Below, piece after piece: positions 1 through 15,089 of a stretch of DNA of 64,000 bases. The position numbers and the translations under genes were made by a program. Numbering within the stretch: the stretch's first letter is position 1; each line of letters starts with the position of its first letter. The notes under the pieces are model-generated. The model did not search any database, was not told the DNA's origin, and saw nothing but the letters and a program-made list of their open reading frames with translations. Source of the DNA: Octopus vulgaris (lineage: Eukaryota). Location of the stretch: the NCBI GenBank assembly GCA_951406725.2, contig OX597820.1:8556001-8620000 (forward strand), given 5' to 3'.

Positions 1-243
1 ACGAAGTCGTATATCTTAACCTACGATATACCTCAGGCCATTTATATCTAAGACTGGGGTAGCTCTGAGTCATACATCTTGGTCTGTATCCTTTCCCCCT
101 GTCATATATATTCGTCTCAGTAGAGAGAATATGATCTGTGTCGTGTCCTGTTTTGTGACAGTTTTGTTATAACTTTGTTTATGGCATTTACCATGTAACT
201 ATGCAACCACGTCTCCATGCGTCTAACTGTGCAGCTATGTACT

Positions 244-290
<47 letters not shown>

Positions 291-295
<5 letters not shown>

Positions 296-527
296 ATTTC
301 TTTACTACCCACAAGGGGCTAAACACAGAGGGGACAAACAAGGACAGACAATCGGATTAAGTCGATTATATCGACCCCAGTGCGTAACTGGCACTTAATT
401 CATCGACCCCGAAAGGATGAAGGACAAAGTCGACCTCGGCGGAATTTGAACTTAGAACGTAACGGCAGGCGAAATACGGCTACGCATTTCGCCCGCCGTG
501 CTAACGTTTATACCAGCTCGTCGCCTT
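291..527 (-). mobile_element. tRNA-derived SINE, family A (~235 bp), full length
   Basis: Minus strand reads AAGGCGACGAGCTGG...GTTCAAATTCC (B-box-like)...GCCTTTCATCCTTTCGGGGTCGAT-like core...AAAGAAATAGGTA; near-identical copies recur at about ten places in the window. Confidence 0.85.
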
Positions 528-1319
528 TATGGAAAAGGTTATATACACATGTATATATATACACCATATAGATATATAACAGTGCTCATACGTATGTACT
601 ATGTTCTATACACATGTTCTATGTAGCTTTGTGCTATACACAAATACTATAAAGCTACTATACACATGTACTATATATTTATATACTAAACACATCTGCT
701 ACGTAACTACTCTACACACACTGTGCCACTATGTAGTAAACATGTCATGTATATTGCTTTATAGCTATGTACAACATACATACATATATACACATACATA
801 CACAAGAGGAATAGAGTGAATGAGTGAAGGTGTGTGTCGTGATGATTGACGTATTTTAAAAATTTTCCGATAGTTGATTTATGGAAAAGGTTATGTTAAA
901 CTTTTGAAATGCAAATATTTGAATGAAAATTAAGTTTAATTTCTAGCCAAAATAGTGCTGAATATTTTGGTACACCATACGTCAAAATCTCTAACTCGGT
1001 TTTGGAAAGCATAAGGAATATATATCAATGAGGCAGACCTCTACATCGTAGCTAGACCTGGTAGAAATAGCATCCAAATCTCCCTCAAAACACCCTACTG
1101 TCTTAATCCGACAATTCTGCCTATTATGTAGTTTGAATGAGAAATTGTAACTAAAGATTAAGATTATTAACCCCACAGAGAGAGGAAAGAAGAGAGACAG
1201 CATAGCGACGGTTTTGGCTGACTGTCATCCTGTACTCCCCTTGTTGCCGGCTGTCTGAGCAAGTGGTTGTTTTCTCTCAATTTGAAACTAACGATTTTGA
1301 AAATCTTTTTAGATTACGG

Positions 1320-1439
1320 AACTCCCAGCTCTCCCACGTATCTATGTTTAAAATTTCAGTGCGATTGTATGAACAATATTCGAGTTACAAGCGCACAAAC
1401 AGACAGACGGAAGGACGGAACGGATTTTATATATTAAGA
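1320..1439 (-). mobile_element. Probable Helitron 5' terminus fragment
   Basis: Minus strand A|TCTTAATATATAAAATCC followed by (TCCG/TCTG) short repeats, same layout as the Helitron 5' end at 8691; no matching 3' end found. Confidence 0.4.
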
Positions 1440-2284
1440 TATATACATAAATATATACACGCACGCACACATATGGCCTATACAGTTATCTACTCTATAT
1501 ATACTATACATGTATAGTAGATAGCTATATACAACGCTAGTGCATGTATATAGCACATTGTTACAGGTTCCTATGAAGCTGCCTTATGGGAAAGAATTGT
1601 ATAAGTGTTATGTTTGTACGTGCACACACATACACAGACATACTCATAGACACACACACACACACATAATCACACACACATACACACACACACACATAAC
1701 ACTAGTGTATATGAATCTCTGTAGTATACACATATACAATGTTCCCTATGGTTTAGTAAAGGGATGTTGATGTATTAATGATTCCGGTGCGTTGATCACA
1801 ATAAGCAGGTGAAAATTATGAGTCAGAAGCCATAAAGCGATTCATCATAAACAATATATTGTGCTGCTTCATAACGGTATAACTTTGCACACTTATTGAT
1901 TGATCAGACAGATTCACAACAACAATGTATCGATCACATATCGGTTTCTAGTAGAGACACATAAAAGGCATTTGTTGGTTTATTTTGGCTATGCATTCAC
2001 GCAATTTGCAGGGCAGTTGTGAGTAAAATTATTTGAGAAAGACTCATCGGCGCCCCTGCAGCTAACCCTGACCCACCTCCACGCTACCAAAGGGAAAGGA
2101 CCTCACTCGATAAGCCCTGGAATCTGTGTTGTTCTAGAAGGTGTGACAAATGCAACCAGGAAACTTACCCGATCTTCTGACAGTACTTTCGATCCATCCA
2201 CCTGGATTAGGGTACTTTATGTACCCCAAAAGAATGAATGGCAAGGATTGGACTTGTGTTTGCGCGTGTGTATGTGTGTGTGAA

Positions 2285-2356
<72 letters not shown>

Positions 2357-2357
2357 T

Positions 2358-2416
<59 letters not shown>

Positions 2417-2447
2417 ATGGATAGATGGATAGATAGATAGATAGATA
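2285..2447 (+). repeat. (GATA)n microsatellite followed by an isolated SINE-A head (2448-2482)
   Basis: Direct reading of the sequence. Confidence 0.95.
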
Positions 2448-2586
2448 AGGCGGCGAGCTGGCAGAAACGTTAGCACGGCGGTATATATATATTTCTTGTA
2501 GGTGTATATATATTTCTTTTTATGTGTGTGTGTGTATGTATATATAAATATATATATTTACATATATCTATAGGTGTATACATACA

Positions 2587-2696
<110 letters not shown>

Positions 2697-2831
2697 AACA
2701 TATATATACATACATGTATACTTGTATACACATGTACACAAACTATGGGATTCGCACAGTTTCCATTTCTCTAGTCCATTCACCAGTCATGTTTCAACAA
2801 TTATTGTATTAGTTTAATGCTGAAAAAGTAG

Positions 2832-2867
2832 TCTTAACGTTTCGGATACCAGTCCTTCATCAGAAGA
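2832..2867 (-). ncRNA. Minimal type I hammerhead ribozyme motif (Penelope-type)
   Basis: Minus strand TCTT-CTGATGA-A-GGA-ctggta-TCC-GAAAC-GTT-AAGA: intact core, stem I TCTT/AAGA, stem II GGA/TCC, palindromic AACGTT in place of stem III. Confidence 0.7.
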
Positions 2868-3176
2868 AATGTATAGAAGAGACATAGAGAAGTGCGAAAT
2901 GGGAAAGTAGTTGAGAGCAGAAAAAAGGGGGAGTGGTTAGGGGCCAGGTAGGAATAGGGTGGAGGTTAATATATTTGATATTAACTCAAGTAATAAGTAT
3001 GGCTCGAGTCAGTCACAATCAAGTACACCTAATATTGAAGGCGACGTTCCATCCGTGCGCATCACATTTTATTTTCAGACATGTGCCTTTTTGTCAGAAG
3101 CAGTTATGGTTGAGAGATTTAGCTGGCTGCTATTTCCAGCAAATTATGTCCACATAACAGATTCTTCCTTACTTGT

Positions 3177-3227
<51 letters not shown>

Positions 3228-3751
3228 TGTGTGTGTGTGTGTGTGTTTTGTGAGTGTGTGTGTATGTATCATGCCTCTGTGAATCTGAGTATGTGTATAT
3301 ACTTGTGTGGGTTCGTTTGTCCATATGTGCATGTGAGTCACTTTGTGTGTGTATGTATGTATGTGTGTCTGCATATGTGTGTGCCTGTATATATCGTTGT
3401 CTGTATGTTTGTGTGTATATAAATGTGTGTGTGTTTGTGTGTGTGCCTTTGTGTGTGTACCTGCCTCTATACTTGTTTACGTCTGCGTGTGTATGTCTAC
3501 TGCTTGTGTTTATGAGTGTGTATGCACGCGCACGCGCGCGTGTGTGTATGTCTGCGTGTCCCGGCTATGTAACCAGTGTCCAGTGTTATGTAGGTCAAGT
3601 TGTGATGCTATAATTGACCGCAGTCCTTGCCCAGTTCCTGCTATGGTGGCAGTAAGATTAGTCACCTTAAGGAGGAGTGGACACAGAATGGAGTGGGAGC
3701 AGTGAAATCTTCCTACAGAATAACCACACACGCCTACTTAAGCACATAGGT

Positions 3752-3799
<48 letters not shown>

Positions 3800-4055
3800 G
3801 TTAGGTAATGTGGTCGTTGAGACAGTACTGACCAGCAGCCGAATGACCGCAGAACAATTAGTTGTATGCGCAGACATATCATAAAACGAGTCATTCTGGC
3901 TTTGTTTCGCTACACGCCACCTTCTACAAGTGTTTTCTGCTACAGCCTCATGTCTGACCAATGTCTCATGGGGTGAATACGGTAAATGGAAACTGTGGGG
4001 AAACCTGCCTCGTATATATGCGTGTGTGTGAGAAAGAGTGTATATGTATGTATGA

Positions 4056-4125
<70 letters not shown>

Positions 4126-4267
4126 ATATATATTGGTAAAAACGGTAAGATAACAAAAGAAAGAAAGAGACCTCAATATTATGTAAATAGATGAATTTAT
4201 CTGTAAATTTATCTGTAGATTTATCTGTAAATATAAGGTTTTATCTTGGCTACCGAATAATTGTCAC

Positions 4268-4332
<65 letters not shown>

Positions 4333-4538
4333 TAGCAGAGATACCCCCGGCGTTGCCCGGTTACATTCATTTGAAGAATTGGACTTTTCTGTTTTATATA
4401 TATATGGATACATACACACGCACACACACACACACACACAAACATATATATATATATGTATGTCAATATAAATACATGAAAGTACATGAAGTTTGTTAAA
4501 AAAAAGGGGATCATGTATATACCTCCTGGCTGTTGAGA

Positions 4539-7440
4539 TTATAACACCTCGTTGTAAACAATGTTCCTTGAATTTCCTTGTGGAGCATATACAAAATGGT
4601 TTCTTTTGGTTCCTACTCTTGAGCAGCCAACATACAGTTGCCCATGCGAGAAGCAGGGCTCTTCCAAGAGAAGACCAGCTACAGAGAGGGTTTGACCCTG
4701 AGATTTGTTAATGGACATAGCAAAGCTGATACGAAGGGGGAATTGTAGTCTTCTGAATTTAAATGGAATTTCTGCTCCTGATGGAGTAAGAGGAAATCTT
4801 GGAATAAAGACGTCATCACCTTTTTCACATCCAGAAAGAATGATCCCCTTGATAACGTGTGACATCATTTTCTTTATCACCAGTCGTGTTCCATTGCAAA
4901 GTCTTGGTGGTTCCAGATTGCGGAGTAGCATTACAGGAGTTCCAACTTTAAGTGCTAATATGTGTGGAGGTAGTCCAGGAGGCTCCAGTGAATTGAGAAA
5001 TTCAGGAGGATAGTTCACAACTTCATTTATATCTGGAATTGTATCAACAGACTTGTAAATGTGTATAGTGCCGGAAAGAGAATGCATTAGCTGTTGATTA
5101 ATTTTGTTAACAGCGACGTTTTATGGAGCTAATATTGCTCTTTCACACAGCCAATTGTGATTTTGGTAGTTTTGTGTGAAGTTGGGAAAGACTGTTTTTG
5201 AGGTCATCTACAGAATTAACAACAGAGGAAAATGACCACACTTCCATTTGTCCTGCAGCATCGAGAGGCATCTTGCCTTCACCAAGTGTCAAAATGCCCT
5301 GTGCAAACTTTGTGGACATTTTGTCGCCGTGTAGCTGAGCTCTCATGTTAGTAGTGAGACTGAGGATTGTAACATGATGTCACAGGGTAGAGGACTTCAT
5401 CTGCTCTAGTGCCTTTCGGAATGACAGGAAGAGTTTGCCTGAAATCACCTGACAACAGAAGCGTTACACCTCCCATTGGAGCCTGACAGCCTCGGATATC
5501 TTTCAGGGCTCTATCTAATGCTTCCAAAGTTCCCTTGTGAGCCATAGTGCACTCATCCCAGACAATTAGATGACACATTTTAAGTACTTGTCCCTTATCT
5601 GAGCTTTTGCTGATGTTGCATGAAGGCATTTCGGATGCTGCTAAATTGAGAGGGAGTTTAAAAGTTGAGTGTGCTGTCCTGCCACCGGGTAACAAAGTAG
5701 CTGTAATGCCAGAGGAGGCTACAGCTACTGCAATGTCCTGATGATGCCTAACTTCTGCGAGGAGAAGCTTTGTAATAAATGTTTTTCCTGTCCCTCCAGG
5801 AGCATCGAGGAAGAAGATTCGTCCCTCGCGTTGGCGTACACTGTTAAGAATAGTTCTGTAGACCTACAGCTGGTCTGGAAGTAATTTAGGCTAATTTTCA
5901 ACAATGTACTTTGAAAGCGCTTGAGTGCCGTAGGTTGTTTCACGAATGACAGCAGTGGGAAGGCTATTTGACCCTGACCTGAATGCTTGTGGCAGGCCAT
6001 ACGTCGACAATTCATTTCCACCCAGTTTAGCAATTCTGTCTTCAATGTCAATGAGTGTTTTGTCATAGATTTCATTGCTGATACCCTCCATGTCAGGATA
6101 GAGCAGTTGAGCTTGGCACTGAAAGTCTTCAGCCAGGTTGTCTCTATATTTGAGCCATAGAGTGGCCGGATCACACAGTTCGCATGCCTGTAATAATACT
6201 GCAAATAGTGCCCTGAGACTTTTAGGTGATTGTGGTAAAGCAGCCTCTCCTAAAGTTGCATCCCATTGTGCACCATCTTCTAACAGACCTTGTCGATAGC
6301 AGACTTCTCTGTATGTTGTGCAGACATGTCCATGAACGGTTTTTAGGGCCTGGAAAGACGTTGGCCCTCTGACCTCATGCTGTAGTAGACGAAGGTAGAA
6401 GCACTCTTGTTGAGTGGGATGCACTGTGTATACTCGCCCAAGGCAAGTGTGAAACATAATGCCAGGGTATCCATGAACATTTTGACCTGCTTTCCGTGGG
6501 GCCCATTTTTTTCCATTCCAAGTGTAGTACGATGGAATCTGTAGATGTGGATACAGCAAGGTTTGAGCGAATGGATCCACTTGACAAAGCTTGAAGAATG
6601 CAGTGAGTGTGCTATCCCTTGGTTCCTCTGCCAACAGAGAAGCATTAGCATCGGTGAAGTACAACCTTTGACCATTTTCCAGGTGCACTGCAAGCTGTTG
6701 AATAGCGGGGTGTCGTTGGTGAATTGGAAAGCCAAAGGTGCGCCAGAAAGCCTCGTTGCTACTTATGTACCGTCCCACCTGATAATGCGTCACCTCATCC
6801 TGGCAGTATTCTTGTTGAAGTCCAAACATTGCAGCGTCAGAACCCTTGTTTACATATTTGCAAACGTACTTGATGGATTTAACAGAGTTGCAAAATTCAA
6901 TGTTGATGTGGGCATTGAAAGTCTTTGACAAGAGTGGGCAGTATGGAACAATCCATCTGTTATCAATATCGTGCTGTCCGATAGTTGCTGTGAAACCTCC
7001 GTCTTCTGGTTTTCTGCGTCTGTATGATGGATACCCATCAGCACCTGTCTGAGTTTCTTGTAGGAACCTCCTTGGAAATCTTTTTGAACATGTGCTGTCC
7101 TTCAAGCATGGTGAGTTTATGTTGAATCCACGCCCACATGGACCATGTATCATGTTTGCTTTAACTATTTCGTATAGTTCTTTGTCTAAAGATGGATCAG
7201 GAAGCTCTGCAGAGATTATCGTGTCGATGTCATTGGAATTGATCTTCACTGAGATCCAAAGCAGGATATGAGCATGTGGAAGGCCCCTTTTTTTGCCACT
7301 CGATTGTGTACATGTCACATTGTATGGGCCCAAAGACTTGTTCTTTTTGTATGAACTCCATGAGAGAGATTAACTTCAGATGGAAAACTCGGGCGTTGAG
7401 ATTCCGGTTCGAATGTAAGGCAGGTTTGAAAGTGTTCCCA
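4539..7440 (-). pseudogene. Helitron RepHel (HUH/Y2 Rep + Pif1-family SF1 helicase), frameshifted
   Basis: Rep motifs EWQK/RGLPHAHILLW, HGPCG, KYVCKYVNKG, HPAIQQLAVHL; helicase motifs FLDAPGGTGKTF, GGRTAHSTFKLP, IVWDE, GDFRQTLPV, LCNGTRL, QFPLRISFAMSINKSQGQTL, FSHGQLYVGCSRV, split over several frames. Confidence 0.95.
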
Positions 7441-7519
7441 ACAGTTATTAGTTGTAGTGGTAGAGTGTTTATGCCTAATATGTACATATGCACATATATA
7501 TGTGTATGTATGCCTGTAT

Positions 7520-7660
7520 ATATGTACAAAATCCACTGAGATGGCTTTTGTTGGTCTGAGGTTACAGCAGAAGACACATGCCAAGTCACCACACAGTGGG
7601 ACTGAACCCAAGACCATGTGTTTGGAACGTAGTTTGTTACCACACAGCCACACCTGCCCC
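7520..7660 (-). mobile_element. SINE family B 5' part nested in the Helitron
   Basis: Matches 33030-33163 (cagtgggactgaaccc...accacacagccac). Confidence 0.75.
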
Positions 7661-9189
7661 TATGTATTTGTGTGTGTGTGTGTGCGTATGGGTAGATATA
7701 TTATGCATGTATATATGTGTATATATATGTGTACATATTACATGTACATCTATATACAGACATCTACACATAAAATACAAAATACAAAGTTATATCTTGA
7801 TATCGCTAGTGATAACAATACTCAAAATATATAACAGACTGGAATTGTAGGCCCGTCTCTTGCAATTTCGATCAATTAGATCTTGTCTTCCTTCTTGTAT
7901 AGAAGTGTACGGCTGCAGCGAAATTCATTTTTGGACTTTCTTCTATCGAAGGCATTTTAACAAAAATGCTTCCGTAAAGACGGTGAAAATATTGTCACTT
8001 TCCCCAAACAGGGACTCAATTCAATTTTTAAACAATAACCAAAGCCCCTTCTCCGAAAGGGGGAGGGTTACGGTTTACAATTATTTAACAAATGCAACAC
8101 AACAACGTTTCCCTCACGCGGTACCAACAAATGTGATTACAATAGTCAAACAGTAATAATAATAACAACAAACCTTTTTAATTTATCCCCATTTATGTGG
8201 AACCACTTATTCAAGTTCAAGTCATTGATGCAATTTTATACGAATTGCTAATACACACACACACACACACATAATAAGGGTGAAAAATTGAATATTAATT
8301 TGATTAATATGAATTGAAAACCAGTGGTGTAGCATATAAGACCATAGCGGATCTTCTTCTAACAAAATGGATGACCACTTGTTAATGGTTCATCCCTGTT
8401 ATATAATACTTTCACTTTAATAGTTTTAGTATTTAAATGAAAGTGTCTGCTTTACAAAAGAGAGATGTTTTTGTTTCACTTTTAACACTTAATACTGAAA
8501 TAGTGGAGAAGATATGATATTGCTGTGGGGTTACCCAAGGGAAAAAGTTAACATTTTTTTTGCCGATGACACTCCCCAGACCTTAAGTAAGGCATGTGTA
8601 AAATTTGAATGAAATTGGTTGTGTAGTTCTCAAGTTTTAGGGAAACACACAGACAGACAGACACACATTCTCAGTTTTATATATATAGAGATAAATTATA
8701 TTTCGGCCAGAGTTCTTTCGTCACACTTCTGTGACCTCATCAGTGGTCCTTTCCTTTCTTCTTTCTTTCTTGTGTTTCTCCTTCCTAACGATCTGCCATT
8801 TTGTATTCCTGTTGTATGTGTCTTTATTTGCGCATGCGTATATCTCTGTGTGTGTTTATGTTTAGTAAGTGTGTGTTTGTGTGTGTGCCTGTATTATCAG
8901 CATCCCCTGTTTATACATGTTCGTTTAATTTAATTTATTTTACTTATTTGTTTTTATCTTCTTATTTTTCATTTCTTCTTTTTTGTATCGATTTAATTTA
9001 ATTTAGTTTAATTTATTATATTTTGTTTATGTATTTAATTATTTAATGCCATTTATTTATCTGTCTTTTGTATTAGTTTCATTATTATTTAGTTTATGGG
9101 GATCTTCTTCTGTCATAGGTTGTGGTGTGTGGATGTGTGTGCTAGTGTTGCATTGTAGTTTTCTGTTTAGGTTAGGTTGAATTTTGACT

Positions 9190-9790
9190 GGCTTTCTATC
9201 TGGTACCAAAGTTGCAAAGGAAAATATCTTGTTTCCTTTAAATCTTAAGATTTGTATAGTCCTAGATATCGTGATCATTTAAAATGAACGAATTAAGAAT
9301 TTGCGTTCTCTCCCCAAAAATCCACTTACACTTGGTAGCTGTTATGATTTTTAAGTTCCACCAACATTGAGACCCATTGGCTGTTATGATTTTTAAGTTC
9401 CACCAATATTGAGACCCATTGGCTGCGGTACAGTCAACATCGTCTGTTGGGGTTTTTCCTTTTTGCTATCCTGTTCCAGACTGTTCTGGCCATTTGTCAT
9501 GCCTCACGAGAAGATAATATCTCGAAGACATTCTCTTGCAGTTGGCAATAACGTGGTGATGTCTGCGGTCTTAGTCTTGAACGACCTATATCTGTTGCCT
9601 GTCAATGTTTTCTGCAGTCAATGCTGTAGGTACATGGTGGGAATCTCATGAACTGCCTTGGAAGTGAGACGTTAGAAATTTGTCGGTGTTCCATACCAAA
9701 CTTCTGACATAATCAGCTCTTTCTGTGGTTTGTGATTTTCGTTCCAAGTCTCCATTTAATGTCTTCACGGTGAACAGGGCTATTTTTATA
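9190..9790 (-). mobile_element. Possible highly decayed Penelope-like element remnant, with a 42-bp tandem duplication at ~9340-9425
   Basis: Minus-strand KIFSFATLVP resembles a GIY-YIG C-terminus; the duplication is read directly. Confidence 0.3.
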
Positions 9791-10066
9791 TATCCATTAT
9801 GTATGTACATACAGATATACATACATACATATATGCATGCATGCATGGATGTGTGTGTGTGTGTGAATAGGAAATGGAGAATATATGACAAAAGAATGTG
9901 ACCGTTAATGGTAAAATGTAACCATGGATGGGTGAATGCAGCCAGGGAGGGCTACGATTGGTTGAATCTCGGCCTGAATACAATAGCGAATATATATGAA
10001 GCAACGTGCGTGTAAGCTTAGGCTAGACACACAGACAGAACGAGAGTGTAGACGCTGACGGCAAAC

Positions 10067-10161
<95 letters not shown>

Positions 10162-10225
10162 CATGCATACATACATGCATACATACATGCATACATACAT
10201 GCATATATATATATACACATTATAC

Positions 10226-10268
<43 letters not shown>

Positions 10269-10269
<1 letters not shown>

Positions 10270-11975
10270 TAGCTGAATGACCCGGCGTTGCTCGAGTTAC
10301 TGTTCTTATTCAGATTAGTAAACAATTAATATAAAGATATATTCTCATAATTATTTCAAAATATCAATATTTTATTAATAAAATATCTAAATTGTAATCA
10401 TGATAGAATTTCGAACCGAGAATTTGTCAATCTTGAAGCAGCTTAGGTTAACAGTATTCATTGTGTAATTTATTTGTTGGTGTCGGAATGAATAAAATTG
10501 TTCCTGCTTCCATGTCGCGAGCAAGCAACATAGAGCTGACAGTTGGCGAAGCATGTAGAAGAGAGATCGAGTCCAACTACCTTGAGAGATTGACCATGAG
10601 ATTTGTTAATTGAAATACCAAAACTTAGTTTGACTGGAAACTGAAGTGTCTTTAATTCAAATGGAACATTTATAGGTATGAGGGGAATTTTTGGAATAAA
10701 GACAGCTTCTCCTTTGTGACTACCTGTTATGATTGTTGCCGTATGACATGGGGCCTCGTGGAAGTAACGCTTAAGCGAGTTCCATTACAAAGGTGAGATG
10801 GGCCAAGATTCCTAAGCAACAAAATGGGAGCACCCAGTTTTAGTGTCAAATTATGCTGTGGCATCACAGTGGGTTTGAGTGTGTTCAGAAATACAACAGG
10901 GAATCGAACAGCATGATCTTGATCGGCTTTTGTCAGTTGATCGAAAATCATTTCTGATGTATTTGTTAACTTTTGAAGAAGTTCATGATTGGGTTTATCA
11001 ACCATTTCATTCGTTGGAACTAGTAAAGCTCTTTCACATAACCAGTTTACATTAGTGTAATTGACAGATAAAATAGGAAGTACTTTATCCCTAAGATCTC
11101 TATGAGAAAGCATCATTTGATCGCATGCAATTTCATGTAACTGAAGTCTTGAGTTGGATATCCCATTACCAATCTTAAGAAGCTCATATGATTACCTTGT
11201 AAAAGTGCTTTGATGTTGCTCATAAGATGAAGTTTTTTCACATCTCCAAAGGCACGATTTTTAAAAGCATGCATTAACCTCATCAGCTTTTGATCCTTTA
11301 TGGATAACTGGCAACGTTTGACGAAAATCTCCTGCAAGAAGAACTGTTACTCCAGCCATGAGCGTGTGCTATTGTTTTTTATGTCAAGTACCTCTAGAGG
11401 TCCGCGATGTGACATGATGCGCTCATCCCAAATAATGAGTCACGTTTGTTGGAGAACTGTTGCCATTGCAGAATTTTGGGAAATGTTGCACATTTGAGAT
11501 TCTTTCATTGCAAGCGGAAATGAAAGCTTTAGCGGAAGCTTGAACATGGAATGAGCAGTTCTTCCCCCACTTTTGAGGGGGGTTAGCTACAATACCAGAC
11601 GATGCAACTCTGGAAGAAGTTTAGATTTTATTTCCTCCCATTTAGGACTGCAGGTAAAAGAAACAAAAAGATCTGGTTTTCCATATGACCTAATATATGC
11701 CATAGCATTTTGTGTTCGTTCGAGCATATATCAAGGACCGCCTGTGGATGATAATGGGAGGATTATAAGTTGCCCCGTGTTTTGAATATCACCATCCGTC
11801 CTCAGAGCATCTTGGAGATGAACCTAATTTTCAGCCCTTAACTTTTTTTTATTGTTCAAATGTAGAGGAGACGCTCTACAAAAATTGAACCCCAAGATTC
11901 ATCACAGAGGGGTTCAATTTTTGTTTGGTGAGTCAACTTTGGCATGCTGGAACCACAAAGTAGAAACTGCCGTAA
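10269..11975 (-). mobile_element. Second Helitron fragment (3' end plus decayed helicase and part of Rep)
   Basis: 3' hairpin and CTAG|T at 10269; peptide WLCERALLVPTN...LKLGAPILLLRNL..LCNGTRL; QFPV/SINKSHGQSL remnants near 10580-10650; YGKPDLF-like Rep motif near 11670-11690. Confidence 0.85.
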
Positions 11976-11989
11976 GAGTAGAGTTGTAT

Positions 11990-12036
<47 letters not shown>

Positions 12037-12110
12037 TTACTATGACTGTAATTAATAAATAGATCTTGCTGACGTTTGTCAATTGAATATCTTCTCCATT
12101 TTCTTCCTTG

Positions 12111-12256
<146 letters not shown>

Positions 12257-12274
12257 CATGTATAGTTTACACGT

Positions 12275-12691
12275 TTCAATCATTTGACCGTGGCCATGCT
12301 AGAGCACCGCCTTTACTCGAAAAAATCGACCCCAGGACTTATTCTTTGTAAGCCTACTACTTATTCTATCCGTTTATTTTGCCGAACCACTAAGTTACGG
12401 GAACGTAAACACACCAACCTCGGTTGTCAAGCAATGGTGGGGGACAAACGCAGACACAAAGAGACACACATACAAATATATACACAAAGATACACACATA
12501 TAAATATATATATATATATATACACACACAACAGGCTTCTTTCAGTTTCCATCAACCAAATCCACTCAGAAGGTTTTGATCGGGCCGAGGGCATCAGTAG
12601 AAGACACTCACCCAAAATGCCACGCAGTGGGACTGAATCCGGAACCTTGTGGTTGGGAAGCAAGCTTCTCGCCACACAGCCACGCCTGCGC
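12275..12691 (-). mobile_element. tRNA-derived SINE family B (~420 bp, internal microsatellite)
   Basis: Minus strand AGGCGCAGGCGTGGCTGTGTGG...GGATTCAGTCCC head; homologous to 32743-33163, 55933-56325 and 63365-63812. Confidence 0.85.
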
Positions 12692-12868
12692 CTTCCACAC
12701 CGCCAAGCTGGAGGGGAGTGATTCGCTCCCTAACTCACAATATATCGGACACAGGTTGTGTTAACCAGATGGGGAAAGACTTATACCTGAGAATAAAATG
12801 TAGTGACACAGTTCTGTGTAGAACAGCCATGTTATAGTGGCAAAAAATGTTACTCTGTGTGTGTGTGT

Positions 12869-12947
<79 letters not shown>

Positions 12948-13248
12948 TGATGTATACAGACCACCATGTTCTATATAATTATACTGCGGTGAATGCAAGT
13001 GCATATATAAACATGTCTAGATGTTTATGTAAGATACTGAAGCTGTATTTCGCCTCGGTATTCGTCGATCAGTCAACGAGAGTTTGAAAACTTATCATCA
13101 CGTGACCAGTGAAGAATTTTTTCCGAACTATTTTTTCTGAAATGTGGAATATTTTGTTCCATGTTTCAAATCCTGTTCGCGTTGACAAGTGTCTCAGCAC
13201 GAATTTTGTACATCCTTGACTCTCTCACGAAGTTTCATTGCTTAAAAA

Positions 13249-13314
<66 letters not shown>

Positions 13315-13647
13315 TGACACTAACACACTGACACATACACACTGATACATACACGCTCACACACTCACATATATATATACATACGCACACACATACTATA
13401 TACTTACGTATAATATACGTGTGTACGTGTATATATATACATATATCGTTATATGTGTGTGTGTATATGTGTGTGTGTGTAAGAGAGAGAGAGAGAGAGA
13501 GACCAAGAACACTCCCCTTATCCACACACACATGTACAGTGCGTGTTGACTAATATCAGATGATACATTTAGATATGTTAATGAGGGAAGAAATATGGCG
13601 GGGTGAGTGATGATTAGATAACAGTGGGGGCGGAGGAGGAGAAGAAC

Positions 13648-13661
13648 CTAGTAGTAGTAGC

Positions 13662-13727
<66 letters not shown>

Positions 13728-13743
13728 GGTGGTGGTGGTGGTG

Positions 13744-13790
<47 letters not shown>

Positions 13791-13800
13791 GGTGGTGGTG

Positions 13801-13846
<46 letters not shown>
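13648..13846 (+). repeat. Compound (GTA)n/(GTG)n trinucleotide repeat
   Basis: Direct reading of the sequence. Confidence 0.95.
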
Positions 13847-13939
13847 AGGCTGTTGTAATGTAGTGTCAGAAAGCTAATAACAAGGTGTTGAAACGTTGTT
13901 AGATATTGAGTCATCTTCAACACACAAACGCACAAATAT

Positions 13940-13979
13940 ACTCTCTCTCTCTCTCTTTCTCTCTCTTTCTTTCTCCCTC

Positions 13980-14010
<31 letters not shown>

Positions 14011-14278
14011 CTCTTTCTCTCTCTCCATCTCTCTCTCCCTCTCTCTCTCTCTCACTTTCTCTATCTCTCCATCTCTCTCTCTCTCACTTTCTCTCTCTCT
14101 CCATCTCTCTCTCTTTTTCTCTCTCTCTGTCCATCTCTCTCTCTCTCTCTCCCCATCTCTCTCTCTCCATCTCTCTCTCCATCTCTCCATCTCTCTCTCT
14201 CTCTCACTTTCTCTATCTCTCCATCTCTCTCTCTCTCACTTTCTCTCTCTCTCCATCTCTCTCTCTCTCACTTTCTCT

Positions 14279-14362
<84 letters not shown>
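13940..14362 (+). repeat. Interrupted (CT)n polypyrimidine tract with recurring CCAT/CACTTT sub-units
   Basis: Direct reading of the sequence. Confidence 0.95.
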
Positions 14363-14365
<3 letters not shown>

Positions 14366-14667
14366 TACATACGTATACACATATATATCAGTTAGACAGA
14401 TTGGTGCTCAAATATACACAAACATGTGTACATAAACACGCACGTACATATATACAGTCACACACACATATACATATGTCTATATAAATGTGTATGTCTG
14501 GCTGTATACATGTATATAAATGTAAGATATGTATATATATATACATGCATAAATATCTGTGTACGCATATATCTATATTCATCTGTCTCTATCTCTGTCA
14601 CTCTTTCTTTCTCTCTCACTCCCTCTCTCTCTCTCTCTCTCTCTCCATATATATATATATATCTATA

Positions 14668-14708
<41 letters not shown>

Positions 14709-14931
14709 TCGCGCACACACCCCTAATAGGATCCCGGCACCTTCGGGCTCTGGAAAAGCCGAACCCAGAGCCTGAGGAAGTTGGGCTCCCGTTAGGTGCC
14801 TACGAAACCTTAAGTAACACGGAAACCTAATCAAATTGTTTAAAATAATTCATGTAACTCTTACTAAATGAGTTGAGTGTCCTTTTCCTTCGTTTGTCCA
14901 ATCACTCGTATAATATATATATATATATATA

Positions 14932-15089
14932 TCCTTGTCTCTCTCCTTGTTTTTTTCTGTGTCCCTTTCTGTAGAAGAGCGTAGGCTCGAAACGTAAAAG
15001 ATGTTTCTATTCCTGAGCGTTATACTAATACATCTGTTTATTTTGTACACCACCTGTCTTCGTCTTTTGTTTTTTTCGTAAGCTCTCCC

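Larger units (their letters stand above)
4332..8691 (-). mobile_element. Helitron (rolling-circle transposon), both termini present, internally deleted and decayed
   Basis: 5' A|TCTCTATATATATAAAA at 8691; 3' hairpin CCGGGCAACGCCGGG then CTAG|T at 4332; Rep and Pif1 helicase coding remnants inside. Confidence 0.88.
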
